From: a virus
Lineage: Duplodnaviria; Caudoviricetes
Strand: one strand, 5' to 3'
Length of the DNA: 50,202 bases
IMG/VR virus record: IMGVR_UViG_3300049846_002441
Span: 1 to 50,202 of that record
Shown: in pieces, positions 24,737-33,753 of the stretch
Layout: each line of letters opens with the position of its first letter
Numbering within the stretch: the first letter of the stretch is position 1
Translations under genes and position numbers: made by a program
The notes under the pieces: generated by a model
Database searches by the model: none
What the model was told of the DNA's origin: nothing
What the model saw: the letters and a program-made list of their open reading frames with translations, nothing else

Positions 24737-24793
24737 ACTCCTCTTGCAGCGCCGGTCAAAGCCAACTGGCCACCCATCAAACCACCCAAAACC

Positions 24794-24808
24794 CTAAGAA
24801 ACCGTTAA
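24794..24808 (-). promoter_or_regulatory. CtrA-type box, one mismatch
   Basis: Minus strand TTAA-CGGTTTC-TTAG; same 7-nt spacer as the 23830 box. Confidence 0.6.
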
Positions 24809-24953
24809 CGATTTCTCTCGCGCCAGAAATGCGTTATGGGAAATCTGACCGCCCAACCCCTTGAAAAATAACGTGTCAATTTGGACTCATTGACAGCAGT
24901 TCGCGCCACACTCACCAATCCCTCGCGCGCGCAGCCCCATCAAAGAACGCTCC

Positions 24954-25424
24954 ATGAAAGCCCCCAAACACCGCGTACGCTACCACGTCCGCCCAACTAC
25001 CGCCCTAACCCGCCTGCACACCGCCTTTATCAAATCCGTCGCCCTCGGCGAGCCCCCAACTCGCGCCGCATCGCGTCTCGCCAAAAACCCCGACCATGCA
25101 ACGCAACTCCTCATGCGCTTCACAACCGACCCGGCAACCCTTCACGCCATAAAAGCCGAAGTCGAACTCCTGCTGATCGTCTACGCACTCCCCATCGCAA
25201 TGGCGACGATTCTCGAAACCCTCAAGCATGGCGGAAAAAACGCATTTGACGCTGCAAAACTCGTTCTAAGGCTCAATCGCGAGCGAATTCATGCTGCAAA
25301 TAACCGCGCAAAACGTGGAGGCGCTGACACTCCACGGGAAATCGAAGCGCTTCAGAGTGCAATTTCGCTCGCCCGCGCGAAGCTGGCCCAGCTGGACGCC
25401 GCCAAACTCGCCGAACGCACCTAA
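24954..25424 (+). CDS. Putative terminase small subunit
   Basis: LT.LH.AF....ALG.PPTRAA helical N-terminus, 156 aa, upstream of TerL and beside the skew switch. Confidence 0.55.
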   Translation: MKAPKHRVRYHVRPTTALTRLHTAFIKSVALGEPPTRAASRLAKNPDHATQLLMRFTTDPATLHAIKAEVELLLIVYALPIAMATILETLKHGGKNAFDAAKLVLRLNRERIHAANNRAKRGGADTPREIEALQSAISLARAKLAQLDAAKLAERT

Positions 25425-25599
25425 AGCGCCTGTGAAACACACAAATATAAGCGCGCAAGCGTGAGTCTGCCCGAGTGCACGTGATGCCGCATATTTCCAC
25501 GCGTCCTGCAGAAGTGGTTCTCCTCAAGACTATCGGCCAACAGGGCCAATCGCGGGTTTGGGCCGGTCGCCGCCGCCCGGGCCGGCGCACAGCGAGCGC

Positions 25600-25670
25600 A
25601 CACCCCGGGGGGAGGGGGCGCGCGCGATCGCGTGAAAGTCAACCCCACCCCGTCACAAATTTTTTGCGCT
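25600..25670. other. Strand-skew switch: candidate packaging site, genome end or origin
   Basis: CACCCCGGGGGGAGGGGG...AACCCCACCCC...AAATTTTTT; C/A-rich to the left, G/T-rich to the right. Confidence 0.55.
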
Positions 25671-25732
25671 GTTCATCTATTCAGGGGTGATTTTGTGTGT
25701 GATGTTTTTCGTGTGCAGCGGAGGATTTTGAG

Positions 25733-25987
25733 ATGTGCATTACGGTGGATTTGAAGAAGCGGTGTGTTTTGGATGAACTGCTGTCGGTGACGAAGCGTTA
25801 CGACGGGCGGGTTGAGGGTGCGTTTGTGATTGTTGACGAGATTTTGGTGCCGTTGTTGGAGATGGCGGTGAAGTTTGGGATGGACAGTCAGGTGGTGGAG
25901 TTGAAGGCGATGTCTGGTGGGGATTTGCCGGGGGTTTATGCGCGGGATGTTGCGCGACGGATCCGGGAGGGGGAGCGGTTGCCATGA
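25733..25987 (+). CDS. Hypothetical protein
   Basis: GGAGG SD; ATGA overlap downstream. Confidence 0.7.
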   Translation: MCITVDLKKRCVLDELLSVTKRYDGRVEGAFVIVDEILVPLLEMAVKFGMDSQVVELKAMSGGDLPGVYARDVARRIREGERLP

Positions 25988-26247
25988 AAATCATGGGTGG
26001 GATGGCGCGGCCGAGTTGGGTGGGGTATTTCGAGAGCCCGATATTGGCGCGACTTCAGTATTGGCGCGAGATGAGCGCGCTCCGGGCGGAGTCGGCGCGG
26101 ATCTTTGGGGTGACGCGGGAGCGGATTTCGACGTTGGAGGCGCAGCGGACGCTGTTTTCGACCGACGAGCATATCCGTCGGCGCGAGGTGCCGCCGGGCG
26201 ACGGCGGGATCGTCATTTCTTTGTTCGATGGGGAGGAGGGCGCGTGA
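25984..26247 (+). CDS. Hypothetical protein
   Basis: Overlap-coupled. Confidence 0.6.
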   Translation: MKIMGGMARPSWVGYFESPILARLQYWREMSALRAESARIFGVTRERISTLEAQRTLFSTDEHIRRREVPPGDGGIVISLFDGEEGA

Positions 26248-26585
26248 GACACCTCATTCCGGGCCCGATCACCGTCTACGGAGCGGTCGAAAAGATTAAC
26301 ATCGCGGCCTCAGATGAGGTGGGGAAAGTTATCGACCCCGCGGTTTTCTGCGTTGCGAGCGCGCGGCGGGCGGCGATTTTGCGGAAGCTGTTCGATCCGG
26401 CGCGGGTGGTGGTTTTGCAGTTGGGGGCGCCGAAGTTGGGGCGGCGGTTTTCGGCGGTTTACGCTTTTTTCGATGAATTCGGGGAGAGCGAGGAAGACCC
26501 GGTGACGGAATATCGATCGAATTGGCTCGGGGAGATCATGTTGGGGTTGGGGCCGGGGTGCCCTTACGAGGTGACGCTGCTATGA
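26244..26585 (+). CDS. Hypothetical protein
   Basis: GGAGGAGG before GTG; GTGA overlap. Confidence 0.6.
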   Translation: MRHLIPGPITVYGAVEKINIAASDEVGKVIDPAVFCVASARRAAILRKLFDPARVVVLQLGAPKLGRRFSAVYAFFDEFGESEEDPVTEYRSNWLGEIMLGLGPGCPYEVTLL

Positions 26586-26637
26586 CGGTCGAGCAGGTGG
26601 TGCGCGTTGCTTCTGCGATCGAAGAGGCGCTTTTGGG

Positions 26638-26844
26638 GTGAACATTTTTTCGCGCAATCCGCGGGTGGTGCCGACGGTCGGTGGGCGCTGTGTTTTCCAC
26701 GAGGTTTGGGTCGGTGAGGAGGCGACGGGGATCTTGAAGGCGCAGATGGAGTCGCATTCGGGGCGCTCGCGTACGGAGTGGTTTTTTCAGGGCCGGGTTT
26801 TCGGCGATCTTGGCGAGGCGATCGCGGCGTGGGCCGAGCGGTGA
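26638..26844 (+). CDS. Hypothetical protein
   Basis: Co-oriented, overlap-coupled. Confidence 0.5.
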   Translation: MNIFSRNPRVVPTVGGRCVFHEVWVGEEATGILKAQMESHSGRSRTEWFFQGRVFGDLGEAIAAWAER

Positions 26845-27212
26845 TGGAAGTCAGACGAGCACCGCGCCATTCGATGTTCGTTCTGGACGAACTTGGTGAC
26901 GTTCCGTGGCATCTGATGCGGGCGTGGGCGGTTGTTGTGCCGGCGCACAAGTTTTCGGCCGCGCGGCATGACACGCACCGGCGGTGTTTGCGGTGCCGGG
27001 CGTACCGGCGCGCGGTCGAGCGCGGGTTTGAGAGCGCATGGTGTGATGGCAATCCGTGGGCGCGGGGGTCGGCGGAGCCGGGAGTGCCGAATTCGTTCGC
27101 GGATCTCATTGCGTTGGCGCGTCCACCGGCCGTGCCGCGCGGGGATGTTTCGTGGCTTGGTTGGTTTGACGACTGGCGCCGCGTTCGGTATGTGGTTCTT
27201 CGCGGCCAGTGA
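26844..27212 (+). CDS. Hypothetical protein
   Basis: TGATG overlap; Trp/Arg-rich with one CxxC. Confidence 0.5.
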   Translation: MEVRRAPRHSMFVLDELGDVPWHLMRAWAVVVPAHKFSAARHDTHRRCLRCRAYRRAVERGFESAWCDGNPWARGSAEPGVPNSFADLIALARPPAVPRGDVSWLGWFDDWRRVRYVVLRGQ

Positions 27213-27232
27213 GCCGCAAAGAGGAGTAAGAC

Positions 27233-27499
27233 ATGCATGATGCGAATGGAAAAGAGCTGAAAGTCGGCGACGTTGTGATGATCCCGGCGGTTATTCGGGA
27301 CATCGGCGCCTCCGACGACTATTGCAACGTCAGCTTGACGTCGGTTTACGGGCGCCGGCCGGACGGGGCGAAGGAGAGCTTCAACGCGATCAACACGGGC
27401 GTTTTGCTGCGCAACAACGACGGCGATACGGTCGACTATCCGGCGGTTCGCGAGGCGCGGCCGCAGGTTGAGCCGGCGCCGCCAGCCGTCGCGGCATAG
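27233..27499 (+). CDS. Small hypothetical protein, SH3/KOW-like start
   Basis: GAGGAG SD; DANGKELKVGDVV; terminator hairpin at 27528-27552. Confidence 0.75.
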   Translation: MHDANGKELKVGDVVMIPAVIRDIGASDDYCNVSLTSVYGRRPDGAKESFNAINTGVLLRNNDGDTVDYPAVREARPQVEPAPPAVAA

Positions 27500-27630
27500 A
27501 AACGGAATATTTTTGGCTGAAGCAGACAGGGCCCGCGCGAACGGGCCCTTTTGCGTATCGGCGCGGCGTGGTGTAAGAGTGCTGCGCCGCGAGTTGGCCG
27601 GCCGGCGGGCGTTCGAGATCGGGGGTTCCG

Positions 27631-28779
27631 ATGCCGCAGCCGACAGAATACGTACCGGGGTACGATTTTTCCGAGTTTCAGGGGGCAAATCCGACAACGC
27701 CGCTGCCGGGCGACCGGCTGGACACGGAGTTGAACTCGATCGCGACGTCGGTCGGGGAAATTATCACGAATTTGGGCGCAATTCAGCGCGACGACGGTGA
27801 TCTGGGGAACGCGACGGTCGGGTTCGACCAGCTGGACGCGGACGTTCGAGCGCTTTTTGGCCTGCAAGACGGTGTGCCGCGGGGCCCGTGGGTCACCGCG
27901 ACGGCTTACGTGATCGGGGACTTGGTGACGCAAAGCGGCGTTTCGTACGCGTGCGTTGTTGCGCACACGTCGGGGACGTTCGCGACGGATTTGGCGGCGA
28001 ACAAGTGGATGTCGGTGACGCCGGTCTATACCTCGTTCGGCGCGTCGGTTCTTGGCGCGGCGGACGCGTCGGCGGCACAGACGCTACTCGGGATCTCGAC
28101 GTTCATAAAGACGCTGCTCGACGACGCTGATGCGCCCACCGCCCAAACAACGCTCGGAATTTCCACGTTCATCAAGACGCTTTTAGATGACGTGGACGCG
28201 GCTACGGCGAGGACGACTTTGGGCGTGGTTTCGGCGGACTCGCTGAATTCCTTAACGACGGACGGCACGATCGGCGCACATGCCGACTTGATACCGTTCG
28301 TGGACGCATCGGACTCGAACGCTTCGAACAAGGGAACCGTTTCATCGCTCTTTTCGAACGCGATCACGAACAGCACCGACACATCGCCGGCAACGCCCGC
28401 CAATATGGGCGAATACGAGGTGATGACGCGCAAGATTTCCGACGGCTCGTTGCACAAGATGCTGCTTTCGGAGCTCGGCCAGCTGCCGCCCGGCGCGATC
28501 GTTGCGGGATTTGCCACGATCGACTTTGCGTCGGTCGCGGACAACGCCACGTCGGCGGCCTCGACGATCTCGATTTCCGGCCTTGTGGCCGGCGACTTCG
28601 TGTTGGGCCTGTCCGCGAGCGGAAACATCGACACGACGGCCGGGGTGAAATTGATAGGGTCGGTAAGCGGCGCGAACACCGTTTCGGTTTACCTGCACAA
28701 CGATAGCGGTAGTGCGTTTGACGCTAGTTCGCAGACGATTTACGCGGTTTGCCTGAAGAAGTCAGCCGTCGGCCTCTAA
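27631..28779 (+). CDS. Tail fibre/spike protein
   Basis: PLPGDRLDTELN N-terminus; carbohydrate-binding-like WVTATAYVIGDLV..YACVVAHTSG; 22-aa repeats AQTxLGISTFIKTLLDD. Confidence 0.8.
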   Translation: MPQPTEYVPGYDFSEFQGANPTTPLPGDRLDTELNSIATSVGEIITNLGAIQRDDGDLGNATVGFDQLDADVRALFGLQDGVPRGPWVTATAYVIGDLVTQSGVSYACVVAHTSGTFATDLAANKWMSVTPVYTSFGASVLGAADASAAQTLLGISTFIKTLLDDADAPTAQTTLGISTFIKTLLDDVDAATARTTLGVVSADSLNSLTTDGTIGAHADLIPFVDASDSNASNKGTVSSLFSNAITNSTDTSPATPANMGEYEVMTRKISDGSLHKMLLSELGQLPPGAIVAGFATIDFASVADNATSAASTISISGLVAGDFVLGLSASGNIDTTAGVKLIGSVSGANTVSVYLHNDSGSAFDASSQTIYAVCLKKSAVGL

Positions 28780-30399
28780 ATGGAAACGTCGTTCGACGCA
28801 TTGCTTGGTTTTTCGCACGACGCGTTGAAGGCGGAGGCGCGCGCGGCGGCTGAGCGCGATCTTTGGAAGCTCGAGCGCCAGGCGAAGATTATCCGTGCAC
28901 GGACGGACCAGATCGACTTCGCCGAACTGGTGATGCCGGACAAGCGTTTCCCGGAGAATCCGAACCTGTCGCGCTACTCGGCGAAGCTGCACCATCGCGC
29001 GATCGCCAAAGCGCTCGAGCGCATCGAGCGCCGCGAACTGCAGTTCGTGATTTTGTGCGCGCCGCCGCGGCACGGGAAATCGCAGCTGACGACCGTCAAT
29101 TTGCCAACGCACCTGCTTGGTGTCGATCCGTACGCAAACATCATCGTTGGGTGCTACAACGACATTCTCGCGAAGGGGTTCGGCCGCAAGATCCGGCAAA
29201 TCGTCGAGAGCGAGGTCTATCACGAGATCTTCCCGGACGTGACGCTCGTGAAGGGCGGCAGGGCCGTAGATCACATGGCGACGGCGCAAGACGGGATGAT
29301 CGCCTGCGTTGGCCGTGGCGGCACGACGACCGGGCGCGGCGCGGACTACTTCATTGTGGACGACCCGTTCAAGGATCGGCGAGAGGCGCGCTCGTTGACC
29401 ATGCGCAACGAGGTTTGGGATTGGTATCAAGACGTCGTGTCGACCCGGCTTATGTCCGACACGGGTTGCATCATCCTCATGATGACGCGCTGGCACGAAG
29501 ACGACATCATCGGCCGCCTGACCGACCCGGACAATCCGCACTACAACGAAGAAGAGGCGGCGCGCTGGACGATCATCAACCTGCCGGCGCTCGCGGAGGA
29601 GGACGACCCGCTCGGTCGCGCACCGGGCGAGTCGCTGTGGCCAGAGAGGTTCGGCCGAGCATACCTCGAGTCGTTCCGTCGCAAGAACCCGGTCGGGTTC
29701 GCCGCGCTCTACCAACAGCGGCCGACGCCGGAAGATGGCGAGTACTTCAAGTCGGATATGTTCGTGACCTACGCGAGCCCGAAAGATCTCCCGAAGCGAC
29801 TTCGCATGTTCGCGGCATCAGACCATGCCGTGAAGTCGAAGCAGAAGAACGACAAGACGTGCATCATCATTGCCGGTGTGTGCGAGCGCGGTCTTGTTTG
29901 GATCGTCGATATCATCTGGAAGCGCATTGACACGCTGCGCCAGGTTGACGAGATGATTGCGGCGCAAAGGAAGCACAGGCCCGTTCGGTGGTGGGCGCGG
30001 AAAGATCAGATTACGGGCTCGATCGGTCCGTTCCTCTACCGCGAGATGCGCAAGGAGCGCGTCTTCATTCCGATGCAAGAGTTCCCAGACACTGAAGACA
30101 AGGTGCAAAAGGCGCAGCCGTTCATTGCGCTGATGGCGCAGCGACAGGTTCGTTGGCCGGCGTTTTTGGCGAACTACCAATCGGCGAAGACGGAGTTGCT
30201 GAAGTTCGACAACGGCGCAAACGACGACGTCGTTGATGCGTGCGCGAACCTTGGTAAGGGCCTCGAGCGCGTGATAAAGGCGAGTGCACCGCGTCAGGTT
30301 GAGAAGGAATACCCAACGAACACCTTTGGGTGGATCATCAACGCGGCGCGGCGCGAAGCGAATGACAACCGCAGGATCTCAGTGTTGAGGACAGGATGA
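28780..30399 (+). CDS. terL: Terminase large subunit
   Basis: APPRHGKS, TGRGADYFIVDDP, MTRWHEDD, ALYQQRP, NDDVVDA. Confidence 0.96.
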   Translation: METSFDALLGFSHDALKAEARAAAERDLWKLERQAKIIRARTDQIDFAELVMPDKRFPENPNLSRYSAKLHHRAIAKALERIERRELQFVILCAPPRHGKSQLTTVNLPTHLLGVDPYANIIVGCYNDILAKGFGRKIRQIVESEVYHEIFPDVTLVKGGRAVDHMATAQDGMIACVGRGGTTTGRGADYFIVDDPFKDRREARSLTMRNEVWDWYQDVVSTRLMSDTGCIILMMTRWHEDDIIGRLTDPDNPHYNEEEAARWTIINLPALAEEDDPLGRAPGESLWPERFGRAYLESFRRKNPVGFAALYQQRPTPEDGEYFKSDMFVTYASPKDLPKRLRMFAASDHAVKSKQKNDKTCIIIAGVCERGLVWIVDIIWKRIDTLRQVDEMIAAQRKHRPVRWWARKDQITGSIGPFLYREMRKERVFIPMQEFPDTEDKVQKAQPFIALMAQRQVRWPAFLANYQSAKTELLKFDNGANDDVVDACANLGKGLERVIKASAPRQVEKEYPTNTFGWIINAARREANDNRRISVLRTG

Positions 30400-32468
30400 G
30401 CGACGACTACGATGGTGTAATCCAGGCCGAGGACATCGATCCGGCGGTTCGGAACAAGGTGAAAGATCTGACGTCGGAGGTCAGGTTCTCTCGTGAGAAG
30501 TGGGCTGACGCGTTCAACGGGATGCGCGCCGACTCGAGGTTTCACTACGGTATCCAGTGGGCCGGGCAGCACTCGATCTACAAAGAGACGCGCTACATCG
30601 CGAATCTGACGCAACAGAACGTGCGCAAGAAAGTCGATGCGCTTTATCCGAAAGACCCGACGTTCACGGCCGGGCGCCGCCAGAAGATGGACTTTCTGAT
30701 TTGGGACGAGGACATCGCGACGCTCCAGCAGGTCCAACAGCGCATCGCAACGGGCTTGGTCACGCCTGAAGATATGCAGTTGGTAATGGACGTTCAACAG
30801 GGGCTGCAGAAGCGCAAACTACTCGATCGTGTCGGCCGCACGATGGAACTCGGCTTCGACCACTTCATCTCTGAGCAAACCCCCTCATTCAAGGTGCAGA
30901 TGAAGCGCTTGGCGCGCCGAGCGGTGGTGTGCGGGGTGAGCTATCTGAAGCTCGGGTTCCAGCGCGTGGATCCGACGGCGGAGATCAGAGAGTCACGCAT
31001 CGCGGATGCGCGGGAGCAAATCGCGAGACTCGAGCGCCTGCTCAAAGAGCAATCGCTGCCAGACGCAAACCCTGAGCGCGCCGAGCTTGCTGAAATGCGC
31101 GCCATGCTCAAGGAGTTGATGGCGAAGCAGCCCGTAATGCGTGAAGGTCCGGTGTTCGATTTCCCGCAGTCCTGGAACATCATCCCGGACGCCGAGACGG
31201 TTTCGATCAACGGGTGGCTTGGAACCAGGTTCGTCGCCGAGCAGTTCATGTGGCGCAAGTCGCGCGTGAAGGAAAAGTTCAAGGTCAACGTCGGCTGCAA
31301 TTACAAGGCCTACGTCAGCGGCGACATGGGCCTGCAGGAAGATCAGAGGTTTTGGGAGTTCCAGAAGCTGAACGGCGCGACCGGGAAGGAAGATCCGCTC
31401 GTGTGCTGGTGGTACGTATACGACAAGCGGAGCGGGCTCGTTTACACGATCGCGGACGGCTACGAAGGATACCTCGCGGAGCCGCGGGCGCCAGACGTCA
31501 GCACGGAACAGTTTTTCCCGTACTACGCCCTCATGACGAATGACGTCGAGGCGGACGGTCACATATTCCCGCCGTCGGACGTGCGCATGTTTCGCTCGAT
31601 GCAGGAAGAGTACAATCGCAAGCGGGAGGCGGTTCGTCAGCATCGCATCGCGAACCGGCCGCTCTATGTGATGGCCGGCGAGCTCGTCGACAAGGACGAT
31701 GCGGCGAACCTTGCGACGGACTACCCAGACCACTCGATCTTGAAAATGGCATCTCTGAAGGAGGGCATGAAGGCGAGCGACCTGTTGCAGGCCATCCAGA
31801 AGGCACCTGTCGATCCGACGCTCTACGAAACGGAGACGGATTTTTCGGACATGCAGCGCACGTCCGGTCTGCCCTCGCCGGTGATCGGAGACTTGTCCGG
31901 CGCTACGGCCACGGAGAACTCGATCGCGGACACCGCGCGCGCGGGCTCAGCTGAGTCGAATGTCGATGATCTCGACAACGTCCTCAACGCGGTGGCCCGC
32001 GACACTGGAATTTTGATGCTGCGGGAAATGTCCTTCGAAACGATGAAAGAAATCTGCGGTCCGGGTGCGATTTGGCCGGAACTGACCGGCGCCGACGTGG
32101 CGCGCGAGCTATTCCTCAAGGTCGAGGGCTCGGGTAGCGGCCGCGCGCACGCGGCGCGCCAGGCGGCCGCAGTCGAGCGCGTCGGCCCGCTTTTGATGCA
32201 AATCCCGGGGATTAAGCCGGAATTCCTTGGTCGCAGGGTTCTGAGAGCGGTCGACCCAGACATGGACCTGACGGACGCGTTCGACATGACATTGCCGTCG
32301 ATCACGGCAATGAACGCGATCGCCGGGAAGCCCGGAACGCAGCCGGGTTCGGGTGAAAACGACCCCGGCGCGCAGGGTGACGAGGGCGGAGACAACCGCC
32401 CGGCGCCGGAGGGGATGGCACCGGGCGGGCAGCCGGCGTTCCCGGCGCCGACAATGGCGCCGACTTAA
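30396..32468 (+). CDS. Portal protein
   Basis: 690 aa directly after TerL; helical; GATATE motif; Pro/Gly-rich tail. Confidence 0.85.
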   Translation: MSDDYDGVIQAEDIDPAVRNKVKDLTSEVRFSREKWADAFNGMRADSRFHYGIQWAGQHSIYKETRYIANLTQQNVRKKVDALYPKDPTFTAGRRQKMDFLIWDEDIATLQQVQQRIATGLVTPEDMQLVMDVQQGLQKRKLLDRVGRTMELGFDHFISEQTPSFKVQMKRLARRAVVCGVSYLKLGFQRVDPTAEIRESRIADAREQIARLERLLKEQSLPDANPERAELAEMRAMLKELMAKQPVMREGPVFDFPQSWNIIPDAETVSINGWLGTRFVAEQFMWRKSRVKEKFKVNVGCNYKAYVSGDMGLQEDQRFWEFQKLNGATGKEDPLVCWWYVYDKRSGLVYTIADGYEGYLAEPRAPDVSTEQFFPYYALMTNDVEADGHIFPPSDVRMFRSMQEEYNRKREAVRQHRIANRPLYVMAGELVDKDDAANLATDYPDHSILKMASLKEGMKASDLLQAIQKAPVDPTLYETETDFSDMQRTSGLPSPVIGDLSGATATENSIADTARAGSAESNVDDLDNVLNAVARDTGILMLREMSFETMKEICGPGAIWPELTGADVARELFLKVEGSGSGRAHAARQAAAVERVGPLLMQIPGIKPEFLGRRVLRAVDPDMDLTDAFDMTLPSITAMNAIAGKPGTQPGSGENDPGAQGDEGGDNRPAPEGMAPGGQPAFPAPTMAPT

Positions 32469-32628
32469 TTGGGGGTGATTTCCCCAATTCACCAAAACGG
32501 CGACTCTCAAAGACGTAAATGGTGGCGCAACTCCACCATTTTCTTTTGGGGGTGAATTGGTCCGCACCACCAATGTTTGACAAAAACGCGCCAGCGGTGG
32601 TAGGTGTGCGCTGGACGAACACAAAGGG

Positions 32629-33729
32629 TTGACCTTGAACGTCCAAACTGGTGCTGAAAATGTGGAGTCGCACCCCACAAATGACCCGCCGGCGGTCGAA
32701 ACCGCCACGCCTGAGACGAAAACAGCGGACCCGTCCCCCGCCCCCGTCGGTGACAAACCCGATGCGAAAACCGAGCCTAAGGCCGATGAGACGATCGCCG
32801 ACGTAACGCGAAACGTTCTCGACGAAAGCCGGAAAAGGCTCGCGAAGGCTGATCCCGCGTCAACGCCAGACGCAAAAGCGAAGACGGAAAAACCCGCCGA
32901 AGGCGATGCGAAGGCCGAGCCGGCCAAAGCGGAGTCCAAGGCTGAGCCTGAACCGCCGTTTCATAAACATCCGCGTTGGATCGATCTGAACGGCAAGTAC
33001 AAGACTGCGAAAGAGCAAGTCAGCACTCTCGAAACTCAGCTAGGTGAGCTCAAACCGCTCGCCGAAATGGGGAAGTCGGTGCAGGACTTCATGGCCGAGA
33101 ACCACCTCTCTGCGGAGGAGTTCAAATACGGCCAGGGTATCATGGCGCTGATGAAGCACGCGCCGGATAAGGCTCTCGAAGCGCTCGAAGACTTGCGCGA
33201 ACAGTTGATGGTCCACCTCGGCAAGGCCCTACCGGCTGATCTGCAAGAGCGGGTCGATGCCGGCGAAATCAGCGAAGCTGCAGCGAAGGAGTTGCTGGCG
33301 GCCAAGCGGACGGGGGAATCGGCACAGGCGAAAGCGGAAAGGTTGGAGGCTGACTCGAGGAAGGGTCAGCAAGAGCAGGAAACCAAGGCTGTGAAGACCG
33401 CCACCGACGAGTGGTGGGCGGCGCTCAAGGCGAGGGATCCTGATCTAGGGAAGATCGATACAATGGTCGTCGATAGGCTGACATCACTGGTGGCGCAGCA
33501 CAGAGCGACGGTCAAGACGCCGATCACCCCGAAGATTGCAGTTGAGATGTGCCAGAAGGCGTATGACGACGTGAAGGCAAAACTCAAAGCGATCGCTCCA
33601 CCTAAGCTGCCGGTTACCCCACTTCGTTCCGAGGCATCAAAACACGGTCCGGCTCAGGCAAGCGTGGCGCCCAAGTCCATGCTGGACGTGACGAAAGCCG
33701 TTCTCTCAAAGACACGAGGCGGAGCGTGA
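32629..33729 (+). CDS. Scaffolding protein
   Basis: Between portal and capsid; disordered N-terminus, PFHKHPRW, coiled coil. Confidence 0.8.
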   Translation: MTLNVQTGAENVESHPTNDPPAVETATPETKTADPSPAPVGDKPDAKTEPKADETIADVTRNVLDESRKRLAKADPASTPDAKAKTEKPAEGDAKAEPAKAESKAEPEPPFHKHPRWIDLNGKYKTAKEQVSTLETQLGELKPLAEMGKSVQDFMAENHLSAEEFKYGQGIMALMKHAPDKALEALEDLREQLMVHLGKALPADLQERVDAGEISEAAAKELLAAKRTGESAQAKAERLEADSRKGQQEQETKAVKTATDEWWAALKARDPDLGKIDTMVVDRLTSLVAQHRATVKTPITPKIAVEMCQKAYDDVKAKLKAIAPPKLPVTPLRSEASKHGPAQASVAPKSMLDVTKAVLSKTRGGA

Positions 33730-33753
33730 CGTCCCTGACATAGGGGACTACAC

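Noticed and set aside
24817-24844. dif-like Xer site (CTCGCGCCAGA-AATGCG-TTATGGGAAAT)
   Set aside because: The XerD-like arm is fair but the XerC-like arm matches only about 5 of 11 positions of E. coli dif; too weak without a host dif sequence.
27631-28779. Diversity-generating retroelement targeting a fibre gene
   Set aside because: No reverse transcriptase and no template/variable repeat pair; the 66-nt internal repeat differs mostly at synonymous sites, not specifically at adenines.
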